A stretch of DNA of 64,000 nucleotides, taken from NCBI GenBank assembly GCA_947493325.1, contig CANLQI010000001.1:1129375-1193374 (forward strand). Reading direction: 5' to 3'. Each line of letters starts with the position of its first letter. Within the stretch, counting starts at the first letter, position 1. Both the position numbers and the translations under genes were made by a program. Source of the stretch: an uncultured Sphingomonadaceae bacterium (GTDB lineage: Bacteria; Pseudomonadota; Alphaproteobacteria; Sphingomonadales; Sphingomonadaceae). The notes beneath the pieces were generated by a model. That model saw only the letters and a program-made list of their open reading frames with translations, made no database searches and had not been told where the DNA came from. This document shows, one piece after another, positions 53,328 through 64,000 of this stretch.

Positions 53328-54518
53328 TTATGCTTCCAATGCCTTTACGCCAGGCAGTTCCTTGCCTTCCATCCATTCCAGGAAAGCCCCGCCCGCGGTG
53401 GAAACAAAGCTGAAATCACGCGCGGCACCTGCGTGGTTGAGTGCCGCAACAGTATCGCCGCCGCCCGCCACGGATACCAGCGATCCTTCACGCGTCAACG
53501 CGGCCGCTGTTTGCGCCAAGGCCACGGTTGCCCGGTCAAACGGCTCCATTTCAAACGCGCCCAAAGGCCCGTTCCAGACCAGCGTCTTGCAGGTTTTCAG
53601 CACATCGGACAATGCTTCGACCGCAGACATGCCGATATCGAGTATCATTTCATCACTGCCAACTTCATGTACATTGACGGTGCGATTATCTGCACCCGCC
53701 GCAAATTTTTTTGCAACGACCACATCATAGGGAAGATGTACGGTGCAGTTCGCGGCATCGGCGGCATCCAATATGGAATTGGCGGTGTCGGTCAAATCAT
53801 GTTCACAAAGTGACTTACCGACATCGACGCCGCGTGCGGCCAGAAAAGTATTCGCCATGCCGCCGCCGATAATCAGATGGTCAACTTTAGTTACAAGATG
53901 AGTCAGCACATCCAGCTTACTGGAAACCTTGGCGCCCCCCACCACAGCCGCGACCGGGTGTTCAGGATTGCCAAGCGCGGCTTCCAATGCCTTTAATTCC
54001 GCTTCCATCGCGCGGCCCGCAAATGCGGGGAGAACGCCGGCCAATCCCTCAGTGGTGACGTGCGCGCGGTGTGCGGCGGAAAAGGCATCATTCACATAAA
54101 AATCACCCAATGCTGCCATCTGCTGAATGAGCGCAGGATCATTTTTTTCTTCACCGGGGAAGAAACGGCTGTTTTCCAGTACCGTAATGCTGCCATTGGC
54201 CAAAGCATCAACGGCGTGCCGTTCAGGAGACGCCAGAAAACCGACATGACGGCCCAGCACATCTCCCAACGCATCTGCAATGGGCCGCAGCGAAAGTTCA
54301 TCCGAAGCATGCCCTTTGGGACGGCCAAAATGGGCCAGTACGAGCACTTTGGCGTGCGCATCGGCCAGTTCAGTGAGCGTGGCAACTGTAGCGCGCAGCC
54401 GTGTATCATCGCTGACAACACCGTTTTGCATCGGTACATTCAGATCTTCGCGGACAAGCACCGGCTTGCCTGCAATATCGTGCATATCATCGAGTGTTTT
54501 AAAACGCTGGTCCGGCAT
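53328..54518 (-). CDS. pgk: Phosphoglycerate kinase
   Basis: [10 protein letters not shown] and [12 protein letters not shown] trimmed the start to the ATG at 54518. Confidence 0.96.
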   Translation of the reverse strand: MPDQRFKTLDDMHDIAGKPVLVREDLNVPMQNGVVSDDTRLRATVATLTELADAHAKVLVLAHFGRPKGHASDELSLRPIADALGDVLGRHVGFLASPERHAVDALANGSITVLENSRFFPGEEKNDPALIQQMAALGDFYVNDAFSAAHRAHVTTEGLAGVLPAFAGRAMEAELKALEAALGNPEHPVAAVVGGAKVSSKLDVLTHLVTKVDHLIIGGGMANTFLAARGVDVGKSLCEHDLTDTANSILDAADAANCTVHLPYDVVVAKKFAAGADNRTVNVHEVGSDEMILDIGMSAVEALSDVLKTCKTLVWNGPLGAFEMEPFDRATVALAQTAAALTREGSLVSVAGGGDTVAALNHAGAARDFSFVSTAGGAFLEWMEGKELPGVKALEA

Positions 54519-54535
54519 TTTCTGCAACCCTGTCC

Positions 54536-55543
54536 TTACAGCAACCCAGCCATGACACCGGCAGTATCGATCATGCGGTTCGAAAAACCCCATTCATTAT
54601 CATACCAGCTGACAACACGGGCAAGTTTGCCCTCCATTACGTTTGTTTCAAGGCTGTCCACGGTGGAGCTGGCCGGGAAGTGATTGAAATCGGAACTGAC
54701 CAGTGGCTGTTCCGTATAGTAAAGCACGCCTTTCATCGCACCTTCTGAAGCCGCTTTGAGTGCATTGTTGAGCTCTTCAGCCGATGTATCGCGTCCCGGC
54801 GTAAAAACCAGATCGATCAGGCTGACATTGGGTGTAGGCACACGCACGGATGAACCATCAAGCTTGCCGTTCAATTCCGGTAGAACGAGACCGACCGCTC
54901 GGGCAGCACCCGTTGTGGTCGGTATCATATTCTGCGCACCGCCGCGCGCACGGCGCATATCCGAATGCATCTGGTCCAGCATGCGCTGGTCATTGGTGTA
55001 GCTGTGGATCGTGGTCATAAAGCCGCGTTCGATGCCCACGGTGTCATGAAGCACCTTGGCGACGGGCGCCAGGCAATTTGTGGTACAACTCGCATTAGAT
55101 ACGATCACGTCTTCTGCGGTGAGACTTTCATGATTGACACCATATACAACTGTTTTCGTAACATTTTTGGCCGGTGCAGAAATCAACACGCGTTTGGCGC
55201 CTGCATCAAGGTGCGGCTGTGCAGCTTCATGTGACTGGAAAAATCCCGTGCATTCCAGAACAATATCGACGCCCATTTCGCCGTGCGGCAATTTGCCGGG
55301 TTCGCGTTCGGATGTAACAGCAATTTTTTTACCATTCACGCTAATGCTGCTGCCGTCCGTCGTCACTTCACCCGGGAAGCGGCCATGTGTGGAATCATAC
55401 TGAAACAGCAGTGCATTCGCTTTTGCATCGGCCAGATCGTTGATGGCGACCAGTTCCAGGTCATGATCATCACGCTCCAAAATAGCGCGCGCCACAAGGC
55501 GGCCAATACGTCCAAACCCGTTAATTGCTACTTTTACTGACAT
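54536..55543 (-). CDS. gap: Glyceraldehyde-3-phosphate dehydrogenase
   Basis: INGFGRIGR and the active site [12 protein letters not shown]. Confidence 0.97.
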   Translation of the reverse strand: MSVKVAINGFGRIGRLVARAILERDDHDLELVAINDLADAKANALLFQYDSTHGRFPGEVTTDGSSISVNGKKIAVTSEREPGKLPHGEMGVDIVLECTGFFQSHEAAQPHLDAGAKRVLISAPAKNVTKTVVYGVNHESLTAEDVIVSNASCTTNCLAPVAKVLHDTVGIERGFMTTIHSYTNDQRMLDQMHSDMRRARGGAQNMIPTTTGAARAVGLVLPELNGKLDGSSVRVPTPNVSLIDLVFTPGRDTSAEELNNALKAASEGAMKGVLYYTEQPLVSSDFNHFPASSTVDSLETNVMEGKLARVVSWYDNEWGFSNRMIDTAGVMAGLL

Positions 55544-55579
55544 TATTTCAGCTCCTTAAATTCCAAATTGATATAATTT

Positions 55580-57544
55580 CTACAGTGCAGCCTTTATCTG
55601 CGGCGCAATCTGATCCACCGTCAGGCCGAATTTTTCAAATAGATCATCAATCGGTGCCGAAGCACCAAAACGGTCCAGACCAAAGCGTAATCCATTGCGG
55701 CCCGTGTAACGCTCCCATCCCAAAGTCACACCTGCTTCTATCGACACGCGCAGTGAGTTATCATCCGGTAGTATTTTATCCTGATATGATTTGTCCTGTG
55801 CGTCAAACAGCGACCAGCATGGCATGGAAACAACCGCTGTCGCAACGCCTTCCTGCTCCAGTCTTTCTGCAGTTTCCACAGCCAAGGACACTTCCGAGCC
55901 TGTCGCCATAATCGTTACTTTGGCTACGCCGCTTGCTTCTTTAAGGCGGTAGGCACCATAGGCGGACAGGTTCTCACTCTTTTCAAGTCGGAGTTGCGGC
56001 AACCCCTGCCGCGTCAAGGCCAATATCGATGGACGGCCATGTGCCTTTAGCGCCAGTTCCCAGCATTCTGCAGTTTCCACCACGTCTGCCGGACGAAAAA
56101 CATGCACATTCGGCATCATGCGCAGGCTCATGACATGCTCAATGGGCTGATGGGTCGGGCCGTCTTCCCCCAAACCAATGCTGTCGTGCGTCATCACATA
56201 TACTACGCGCTGTTTTTGAATGGCCGACAAACGAATTGCCGAGCGGCAATAGTCGGTAAATACCAGAAATGTACCGCCATATGGTATTATACCGCCGTGC
56301 AGCGCCATGCCGTTCATCGCGGCCGACATGCCGAATTCACGGATGCCATAATAAACATAGCGGCCCGAATAATCATCGGCAGACATTACGCCAAGATCGC
56401 CTGTTTTCGTATTATTTGACCCCGTCAAATCGGCAGAACCGCCAATTGTTTCGGGCAGCGCCGCGTTAATTTCGCTCAGGGCCATTTCCGATGCTTTGCG
56501 CGTGGCGACTTTCTTGGGCTCCGCCACCAACCCATCAATGTAGCTGTTCAGAGAAAAATCAGCAGGCAGATCCCCGGCCATTCTGCGTTCAAATTCATCT
56601 TTATGTGCGTGCCTCGAAAGGACAGTCTTCCATTTGTTATGTCTTGTCCGTCCGTTTTCACCGAAACCGCGCCATGCATCCAGTATGTCCTGCGGAATTT
56701 CAAAGGGAGCATGCGGCCAGTTTAGCAATTCACGTGCTCCCGCAATTTCTTCATCCCCCAATGGCGCACCATGCGTTGCCGATGTGCCCTGTTTGGTAGG
56801 CGCGCCTTTGCCGATGATAGTCGCGCAGGCAATAAGCGAGGGCCGCGGGTCCGCAATGGCTGCATCTATTGCCGCCTGGATTGAGGCTTCATCATGTCCG
56901 TCACAATCCACCACATGCCATCCTGTCGCGGCATAACGCGCACGGATGTCCTCACTGGTGGACAGGTCCGTACTGCCATCAATGGTGATCTTGTTATCAT
57001 CCCACAGCACATTGAGGCGGCCAAGCCCCAGATGCCCGGCCAGACCGATAGCTTCGTGATTAATGCCCTCCATCAGGCAACCGTCACCTGCAATCACCCA
57101 TGTTTTGTGATCGACCAGGTCATCATCAAACTGGCTGTTCAAATGGCGTTCGGCCATTGCCATGCCGACGGCCATGGCCAGTCCCTGCCCCAGCGGACCG
57201 GTGGTCGATTCCACTCCTGCCAGTTCAAAATTTTCAGGGTGGCCTGCACAGGGGCTTGATAACTGCCGGAAATTACGGATTTCTTCCATTGTCGGATTTT
57301 CATAACCGGTCAGGTGCAGCAATGAATATATCAGCATGGAGCCGTGCCCTGCCGAAAGCACAAAGCGGTCACGGTCAGCCCAACCGGGTGCACCCGGATC
57401 AAATTTCACGTAATCGCGGTAGAGAACCGTCGCAACATCAGCCATGCCCATCGGCATGCCCGGATGCCCGCTATTGGCAGCTTGCACTGCATCCATAGAG
57501 AGGGCTCGAATGGCATTGGACATGTCTTGAAAAGCTACTGTCAT
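55580..57544 (-). CDS. tkt: Transketolase
   Basis: SGHPGMPMG and THDSIGLGEDGPTHQP. I trimmed the start to the ATG at 57544. Confidence 0.96.
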   Translation of the reverse strand: MTVAFQDMSNAIRALSMDAVQAANSGHPGMPMGMADVATVLYRDYVKFDPGAPGWADRDRFVLSAGHGSMLIYSLLHLTGYENPTMEEIRNFRQLSSPCAGHPENFELAGVESTTGPLGQGLAMAVGMAMAERHLNSQFDDDLVDHKTWVIAGDGCLMEGINHEAIGLAGHLGLGRLNVLWDDNKITIDGSTDLSTSEDIRARYAATGWHVVDCDGHDEASIQAAIDAAIADPRPSLIACATIIGKGAPTKQGTSATHGAPLGDEEIAGARELLNWPHAPFEIPQDILDAWRGFGENGRTRHNKWKTVLSRHAHKDEFERRMAGDLPADFSLNSYIDGLVAEPKKVATRKASEMALSEINAALPETIGGSADLTGSNNTKTGDLGVMSADDYSGRYVYYGIREFGMSAAMNGMALHGGIIPYGGTFLVFTDYCRSAIRLSAIQKQRVVYVMTHDSIGLGEDGPTHQPIEHVMSLRMMPNVHVFRPADVVETAECWELALKAHGRPSILALTRQGLPQLRLEKSENLSAYGAYRLKEASGVAKVTIMATGSEVSLAVETAERLEQEGVATAVVSMPCWSLFDAQDKSYQDKILPDDNSLRVSIEAGVTLGWERYTGRNGLRFGLDRFGASAPIDDLFEKFGLTVDQIAPQIKAAL

Positions 57545-57747
57545 TGCGGAATATCCCCCAATTTTCACAGGCGCGCATTTACACAGCCCCGGCAAGGCCG
57601 ATTCGCCTGTTTGGCACTATCATTTGCGGGGCATAACAGCCTCCGTCAAGGACAGCTTTTCAGCCATCAACAGAAAAGTTAACAGTTTTTATAACTATCC
57701 ACAGTTCGGGATTTGGAAAGGCAGGATTTTCCTGCTAATTGAGAGTC

Positions 57748-57996
57748 ATGACAGATACGCAGAATAATGATAGCCGTATGAATATGGCGCTAGAGCGGCT
57801 GGAGCAGGCAACAAGGCGCGCCGAAACAGCTGTAAATGCTGTGCGTGCAAAAGTGGATGCAGGTTCAGCAACCCCTGATAACAGCGGCGAACTTGCCGAC
57901 CTGAAAAAACGTCATCAAACATTACGCAATGCGGCCGAAAAAGCCATTCGCCAAATTGACCAGATAACCGGACATCAGACAACCAAACAAGGGTGA
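57748..57996 (+). CDS. DUF4164-like coiled-coil protein upstream of zapA
   Basis: About 82 aa, helical, directly upstream of zapA as is common in alphaproteobacteria. Family name from memory. Confidence 0.65.
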   Translation: MTDTQNNDSRMNMALERLEQATRRAETAVNAVRAKVDAGSATPDNSGELADLKKRHQTLRNAAEKAIRQIDQITGHQTTKQG

Positions 57997-58002
57997 CCCC
58001 AT

Positions 58003-58356
58003 ATGCCTGACGTTTCCATTACGATTGCGGACCGCCACTTCAAGCTCACATGCGGTGAAGGCGAAGAGCAACAGTTAAAAAATCTTGGCCGGCTTGTGGA
58101 TGAAACCGCGCGTCAGGCAGGCTATAGCAGCCAGGCTTTGACCGAAAACCGGATGCTGCTGTTCACTTCGCTTTTGCTCGCGGATCAGCTGGATGAAATG
58201 CGCAAAGCCTCTGCAAGCGGCAATCCTGCGCCCGCGCCAAATCCATCACCATCACATGATGCGGCAAATGATGCCGCCGCCCAGACGGTTGAAAAATTGG
58301 CCGAGCGTATGGAAAAACTTGCTTCTTCCCTTGAGGAAGCGACCGACGGTGCCTAA
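58003..58356 (+). CDS. zapA: Cell division protein ZapA
   Basis: MPDVSITIADRHFKLTCGEGEEQQLKNLGRLVDE is a typical ZapA N-terminus. 117 aa. Confidence 0.85.
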   Translation: MPDVSITIADRHFKLTCGEGEEQQLKNLGRLVDETARQAGYSSQALTENRMLLFTSLLLADQLDEMRKASASGNPAPAPNPSPSHDAANDAAAQTVEKLAERMEKLASSLEEATDGA

Positions 58357-58361
58357 GTTAC

Positions 58362-58530
58362 ATATGACGGGTACTGCTTCGTACGAGCTGATAAGAACAT
58401 CCCTGAGGCGATATATCAAAATAGGGAGCTGTCCCTGACCGGACCGTGGTCCGACTCACATGGCCCCCACCTGACGTCTTGGCGTCAGAGGTTGTTCCTG
58501 CAAACGGCCAAAGTGGTCCCGTCACCTTTC
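58362..58530 (+). ncRNA. ssrS: 6S RNA
   Basis: 227-nt non-coding gap in the conserved zapA-ssrS-5-FCL arrangement. The 5' GACGGG(T)AC pairs with the 3' GTCCCGTC. Internal arms GAACATCCCTG/CAGAGGTTGTTC and the apical hairpin GGACCGTGGTCC give a long irregular rod. The ends are approximate. Confidence 0.65.
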
Positions 58531-58583
58531 TCGAACCTGTCCATGATATAGATTTCCGTAATCTGGGGTACCGACGGTATTTT

Positions 58584-59165
58584 ATGACAGAACTATCCAA
58601 ACTGAAACACGCTTTACGTCAGGAGATGCGGACGAAGCGGCAGGATTTCGTAAACGCCCTGCCCGATTCTGTTCGTGCACTCGTATTCAGAGTGCCGCCG
58701 CCGCCAGTGCAGCACCTGATGAAACAGGCAGATTGCACCGGAATTTATATCGCCAAATCATATGAGGCTCCGACGCATCATTATATCCAATTCATGCATG
58801 AAAATGGACTGCCTGTAGCGGTGCCCTATTTTGCGGATAATGACAGCCAAATGGAATTCCGTCAGCATGACAATGAAGATCCGCTCGAAGCAGGGCCATT
58901 TCATATCATGCAACCGGCAGGCTCAGCGTGCGTTGTCACACCTGATCTTTTGATCATGCCGCTTTTGGCCTATAACGCCCGGATGGAACGGCTTGGGCAA
59001 GGCGGCGGACATTATGACCGCTATCTTGCACAAAACCCTGATACAAAAACTATTGGCCTTGCCTGGTCTGTACAGGAACATGATAATATCCCCGTAGAGG
59101 CGCATGATGTCGCATTGGATATGGTCACCACGCAGACAAGCATTATCGAGCGCAAAAACGCTTGA
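58584..59165 (+). CDS. 5-formyltetrahydrofolate cyclo-ligase
   Basis: GQGGGHYDRYL motif. I trimmed the start to the ATG at 58584 so it does not run through the 6S RNA. Confidence 0.88.
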   Translation: MTELSKLKHALRQEMRTKRQDFVNALPDSVRALVFRVPPPPVQHLMKQADCTGIYIAKSYEAPTHHYIQFMHENGLPVAVPYFADNDSQMEFRQHDNEDPLEAGPFHIMQPAGSACVVTPDLLIMPLLAYNARMERLGQGGGHYDRYLAQNPDTKTIGLAWSVQEHDNIPVEAHDVALDMVTTQTSIIERKNA

Positions 59166-59178
59166 GGGAGAAAATATA

Positions 59179-59403
59179 GTGGAACCTTCATGGCGGAAAC
59201 CTGTCGGCATAATTGCCATATTGGCGTTTATTACAATCTGGTCTGTTATCGTCGTGACGGTTGTCGGCTGGATAAGCGGGCTACACGTACTGCTGCAGAT
59301 ATTGATCTACCTAGTGATGGGTATCATATGGATACTGCCGCTCAGGCCGTTGATGATATGGATGGAAACCGGGCGCTTCAAAGCCCCGGATAATAAACCA
59401 TAA
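59179..59403 (+). CDS. DUF2842-like small membrane protein
   Basis: VEPSWRKPVGIIAILAFITIWSVIVV..., two TM helices. GTG start preceded by GGGAG. Family name from memory. Confidence 0.65.
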   Translation: MEPSWRKPVGIIAILAFITIWSVIVVTVVGWISGLHVLLQILIYLVMGIIWILPLRPLMIWMETGRFKAPDNKP

Positions 59404-59420
59404 TGATGTTTTGAGGGAGG

Positions 59421-59436
59421 AGCGCCACTGAAACAG

Positions 59437-59442
<6 letters not shown>
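59421..59442. terminator. Perfect 9-bp hairpin GCGCCACTG-AAA-CAGTGGCGC overlapping the tRNA-Asp 3' end
   Basis: Lies between the DUF2842 gene stop and the convergent tRNA-Asp. No clear U-run on either strand. Confidence 0.4.
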
Positions 59443-59513
<71 letters not shown>

Positions 59514-59562
59514 ATTACTGCTGGAGCGCGGCAATTAAGTGAGAGCCGCGCTGCTGTCAACA

Positions 59563-60744
59563 TTAGTTTGAAATTTTTTCACTTTTCTCTTCATTTTTAT
59601 TGGACGCACCTGTCCCGTTGGCATGGGTTGTCAGCGTCCCCGCCTCAAATAAAAATCCTGCAATGTCAGGCTTTCCTGCCGCTGCAATTACCGTTTGGAT
59701 GATGATAAGAAGCGGCACAGCCAAAAGCGCGCCTGCCGTCCCCCATATCCAGGTCCAGAAACTGAGCGATATCAATATCAACAGCGGATTTACGGTCAGG
59801 CGGCGACCGAGTATCGTGGGCGTTACAATATTTGCCTCAACAGCATTAAAGCCTGTCTGTACCAGGGCGGGCAACATCGCCATCCACAAATTGTCAAATG
59901 TCATCAATCCTCCCAGCGCGAGCAGGATTGCTGTCAATATGGGGCCCAGATAGGGCACGAAATTCAGCAAGGCAACAATGCCGCCCCACATGGCGGGAGA
60001 GTCCATGCCTATCATCCACAATACAATCGCTACAGATACGCCCAGCATGATGTTGATGCACGTGATGGTGATAAGATAGGATGATGTTGCGGAAACCACA
60101 TTCTGGATAACGCGCGCAGTCGTCAGCGCCCCTGTAAAGCTGCCCCTGCTGTTAATCGTGTTTTCGCGCAGACGGGTCCAGCCTGACAGGAAAAAGAATA
60201 CCACCAGAATGACAAAAAACATTTGCACCGCCACCGTGGGCGCGGAGCTTGCCACCAGGTCAACCAGCGATGTGGGCGAATCCACGGTGACTGTCTGCAT
60301 TTCGGCAACCGGCCCCGCGGTGATCATTTTTGCGGTGTCGTCCACAAATTTCTGCAGATCAGAATAGAACTCAATCAACGGCTCTAAATTACTCATAATC
60401 TGAGGTATTTTTGAAGGCAAATTGACAAACCAGTCGGTGGCCGGGACGATAATCAGCGCCAATGCGCCATTTGCAACCAAAAGGAATAATATCACGCAGA
60501 TGCACGCCGCCAAGGCAGAAGGTATCCGCCGCCGTTCAAGCCATTCGAGTGCAGGGACAAGCGCAATGGATATCACGATGGCAATCGTCATCGGTAGGAA
60601 GAATTCCGCTCCCGCCATCAGCGCAAAGGGTAAGGCGAGGACCAGGCCGATACCGCCAATCAGGGCGAGCGAGGCCAAAAGGCGGTCACGCCTGAGCTCG
60701 TCATCATCCTGAATTTCCGGTTCGTTCATAAAACCTGCTGTCAA
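59563..60744 (-). CDS. AI-2E family transporter (PerM-like permease)
   Basis: 393 aa with about 8 TM helices and a conserved C-terminal PLLIIIQ region. An alternative ATG lies at 60729. Confidence 0.85.
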   Translation of the reverse strand: MTAGFMNEPEIQDDDELRRDRLLASLALIGGIGLVLALPFALMAGAEFFLPMTIAIVISIALVPALEWLERRRIPSALAACICVILFLLVANGALALIIVPATDWFVNLPSKIPQIMSNLEPLIEFYSDLQKFVDDTAKMITAGPVAEMQTVTVDSPTSLVDLVASSAPTVAVQMFFVILVVFFFLSGWTRLRENTINSRGSFTGALTTARVIQNVVSATSSYLITITCINIMLGVSVAIVLWMIGMDSPAMWGGIVALLNFVPYLGPILTAILLALGGLMTFDNLWMAMLPALVQTGFNAVEANIVTPTILGRRLTVNPLLILISLSFWTWIWGTAGALLAVPLLIIIQTVIAAAGKPDIAGFLFEAGTLTTHANGTGASNKNEEKSEKISN

Positions 60745-60891
60745 TAATGTCGCTCAAATACTTATGAATATACAATTTAAGTACATCGCGCTTTTACAAA
60801 ACGAAACATGCAGGCAAATACGCCAAAAATCCAGCATTTCTTGTTAGTTGATTTGAGATCCGTCACAGGCAGACATGCAGCGGGAGCACTA

Positions 60892-62172
60892 TCAATCGGA
60901 GAAGATCAGCACAGGTTTTTCGATCATGCGTTTGAGTGCCTGTACGAAGCTGGCGGCATCATAACCATCCACGACACGGTGGTCGCATGAAATGGATAGA
61001 TTCATCATTTTGCGAACCTGCAATTCACCATCAACAATGACCGGACGTTCGACAATCTTGTTCGGGCCGATGATGGCCACTTCCGGGCGATTGATAACCG
61101 GCGTCGTGGCAATGCCGCCAAGCGGGCCAAGCGATGTAATGGTGAGCGTACCGCCCGTCAGGTCATCGGTTGTCGCACTGCCATCGCGCGCGGCTTCGCT
61201 CAGCCGGGCAATATCCGCTGCCAGCTGCCACACGTTTTTATCCTGCGCATTTTTGATGACTGGCACTTTCAGGCCGCTATCGGTTTGTGTCGCCATACCC
61301 AGATGGATCGCGCCATGGCGGGTCACATGCCCTGCCTCATCATCATACAACGCGTTAATCATTGGGAAATCGGGCACTGTGCGCGCAATTGCCACAATCA
61401 GCAACGGCAGTACGGTCAGTTTCGGGCGATTGCCGCGCGATGCATTCAGGTCAGCGCGGATATCCTCCAGCGCCGATACATCAATTTCCTCCACATAGGA
61501 AAAGTGCGGAATATTGCGCTTTGATGCCGCCATGTTTTCCGCGATCTTGCGGCGCAGGCCAATAACCTTGACCTTTTCATCCTCGCGTTTGCGCGATGCA
61601 CCCGCAGGCTGATACCCCTGCCCGCTACCATAAGCGAGATAGGCATCTAGATCGGCATGACGAATATGTTCGCCCTGCGCTTTTACCTGTGACAGGTCAA
61701 CGCCCAGATTTTTTGCACGCGCACGAACTGCGGGCGTGGCTTTTGTAGGCTTGCCGGCTGCTTCCCGCACTTCAGACCCGGCTGCGGAAGGAACTGGAGC
61801 AGGCTCAGGCGCAGCAGTTGGTTTAATGGCGGGCTCCTCTGGAACGCTTTCTTCTTTGGCGGGCCCAGCTTCCTTTTCTTCGGTTGCGGGTTTTTCAGGC
61901 GTTTTTTCTTCCGCACCATCGGCGTCATCGCCTTCGGTTTCGATTTCAACCAGCATCGAACCAATGGCTATGACGTCCCCTTCTTCACCTGCAACAGCCA
62001 CAATCTTGCCATCCACCGGCGCTTCCATTTCAACGGTCGCTTTGTCCGTCATCATATCCGCTATTTGCTGATCCTCGTGGACCGTATCGCCGATTTTTAC
62101 ATGCCAAGCGACAATCTCGGCTTCGGCAATGCCTTCGCCAATATCCGGCAGATTAAATATATATTTGCCCAT
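60892..62172 (-). CDS. bkdB: Branched-chain alpha-keto acid dehydrogenase E2 (dihydrolipoamide acyltransferase)
   Basis: Lipoyl domain (LPDIGEGIAEAEI...TDKATVEM), E/P/A linker, and catalytic SCDHRVVDG. Confidence 0.9.
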   Translation of the reverse strand: MGKYIFNLPDIGEGIAEAEIVAWHVKIGDTVHEDQQIADMMTDKATVEMEAPVDGKIVAVAGEEGDVIAIGSMLVEIETEGDDADGAEEKTPEKPATEEKEAGPAKEESVPEEPAIKPTAAPEPAPVPSAAGSEVREAAGKPTKATPAVRARAKNLGVDLSQVKAQGEHIRHADLDAYLAYGSGQGYQPAGASRKREDEKVKVIGLRRKIAENMAASKRNIPHFSYVEEIDVSALEDIRADLNASRGNRPKLTVLPLLIVAIARTVPDFPMINALYDDEAGHVTRHGAIHLGMATQTDSGLKVPVIKNAQDKNVWQLAADIARLSEAARDGSATTDDLTGGTLTITSLGPLGGIATTPVINRPEVAIIGPNKIVERPVIVDGELQVRKMMNLSISCDHRVVDGYDAASFVQALKRMIEKPVLIFSD

Positions 62173-62177
62173 GACGC

Positions 62178-64000
<1,823 letters not shown>

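Noticed and set aside
57695-57703. Single DnaA-box-like CTATCCACA upstream of the DUF4164-zapA operon.
   Set aside because: An isolated 8/9 match to a 9-mer is expected by chance roughly a dozen times in 64 kb on two strands.
58446-58583. 5' extension of the 5-formyltetrahydrofolate cyclo-ligase ORF (the 239-aa version).
   Set aside because: It runs through the predicted 6S RNA and adds non-conserved residues. An ATG at 58584 gives a normal-length protein.

Overview
This window looks like core chromosome from an alphaproteobacterium. The gene order (lexA-comEC-gltX-gltA, nuoA-N followed by birA-coaX-rnj-DUF1467, zapA-6S RNA-5-FCL) and a GTTC-N7-GTTC LexA box fit a Sphingomonadales/Caulobacter-like lineage. 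I cannot name the species. Almost all of the roughly 65 genes are housekeeping: an acyl-CoA ligase, dnaE, gpx, lolCDE-type genes, hsp20, a Crp/Fnr regulator, pyrG, secG, tpiA, a ppiD-like gene, trpE and trpGDC, lexA, comEC, gltX, gltA, RNase J, coaX, birA, the full 14-gene nuo operon (32.8-48.5 kb, minus strand), suhB, efp, thiE-fba-pgk-gap-tkt, zapA, 6S RNA, 5-FCL, tRNA-Asp, an AI-2E permease and a branched-chain keto-acid dehydrogenase (E1a/E1b/E2). I found no CRISPR array, rRNA, transposase, integrase, prophage or recognisable defence system. The most unusual feature is inside the nuo operon, which carries three extra cistrons in its peripheral-arm half. One is a ~27% GC gene for a secreted 218-aa protein, spliced exactly between nuoF and nuoG and translationally coupled at both ends. 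The other two are small ORFs (51 and 60 aa, two TM helices each) at the nuoE/nuoF and nuoD/nuoE junctions; the 51-codon one is too short for the ORF track, and the 60-aa one appears there only as an overlong 85-aa call. NuoC also carries a ~105-aa lysine/alanine-rich tail. Secondary observations: birA has no canonical start codon and sits in frame directly behind the nuoN stop; an orphan intrinsic terminator suggests an sRNA or micro-ORF upstream of hsp20; there are tandem DnaA-box-like 11-mers upstream of dnaE; and a divergent pair of uncharacterised membrane and coiled-coil proteins lies next to gltA.
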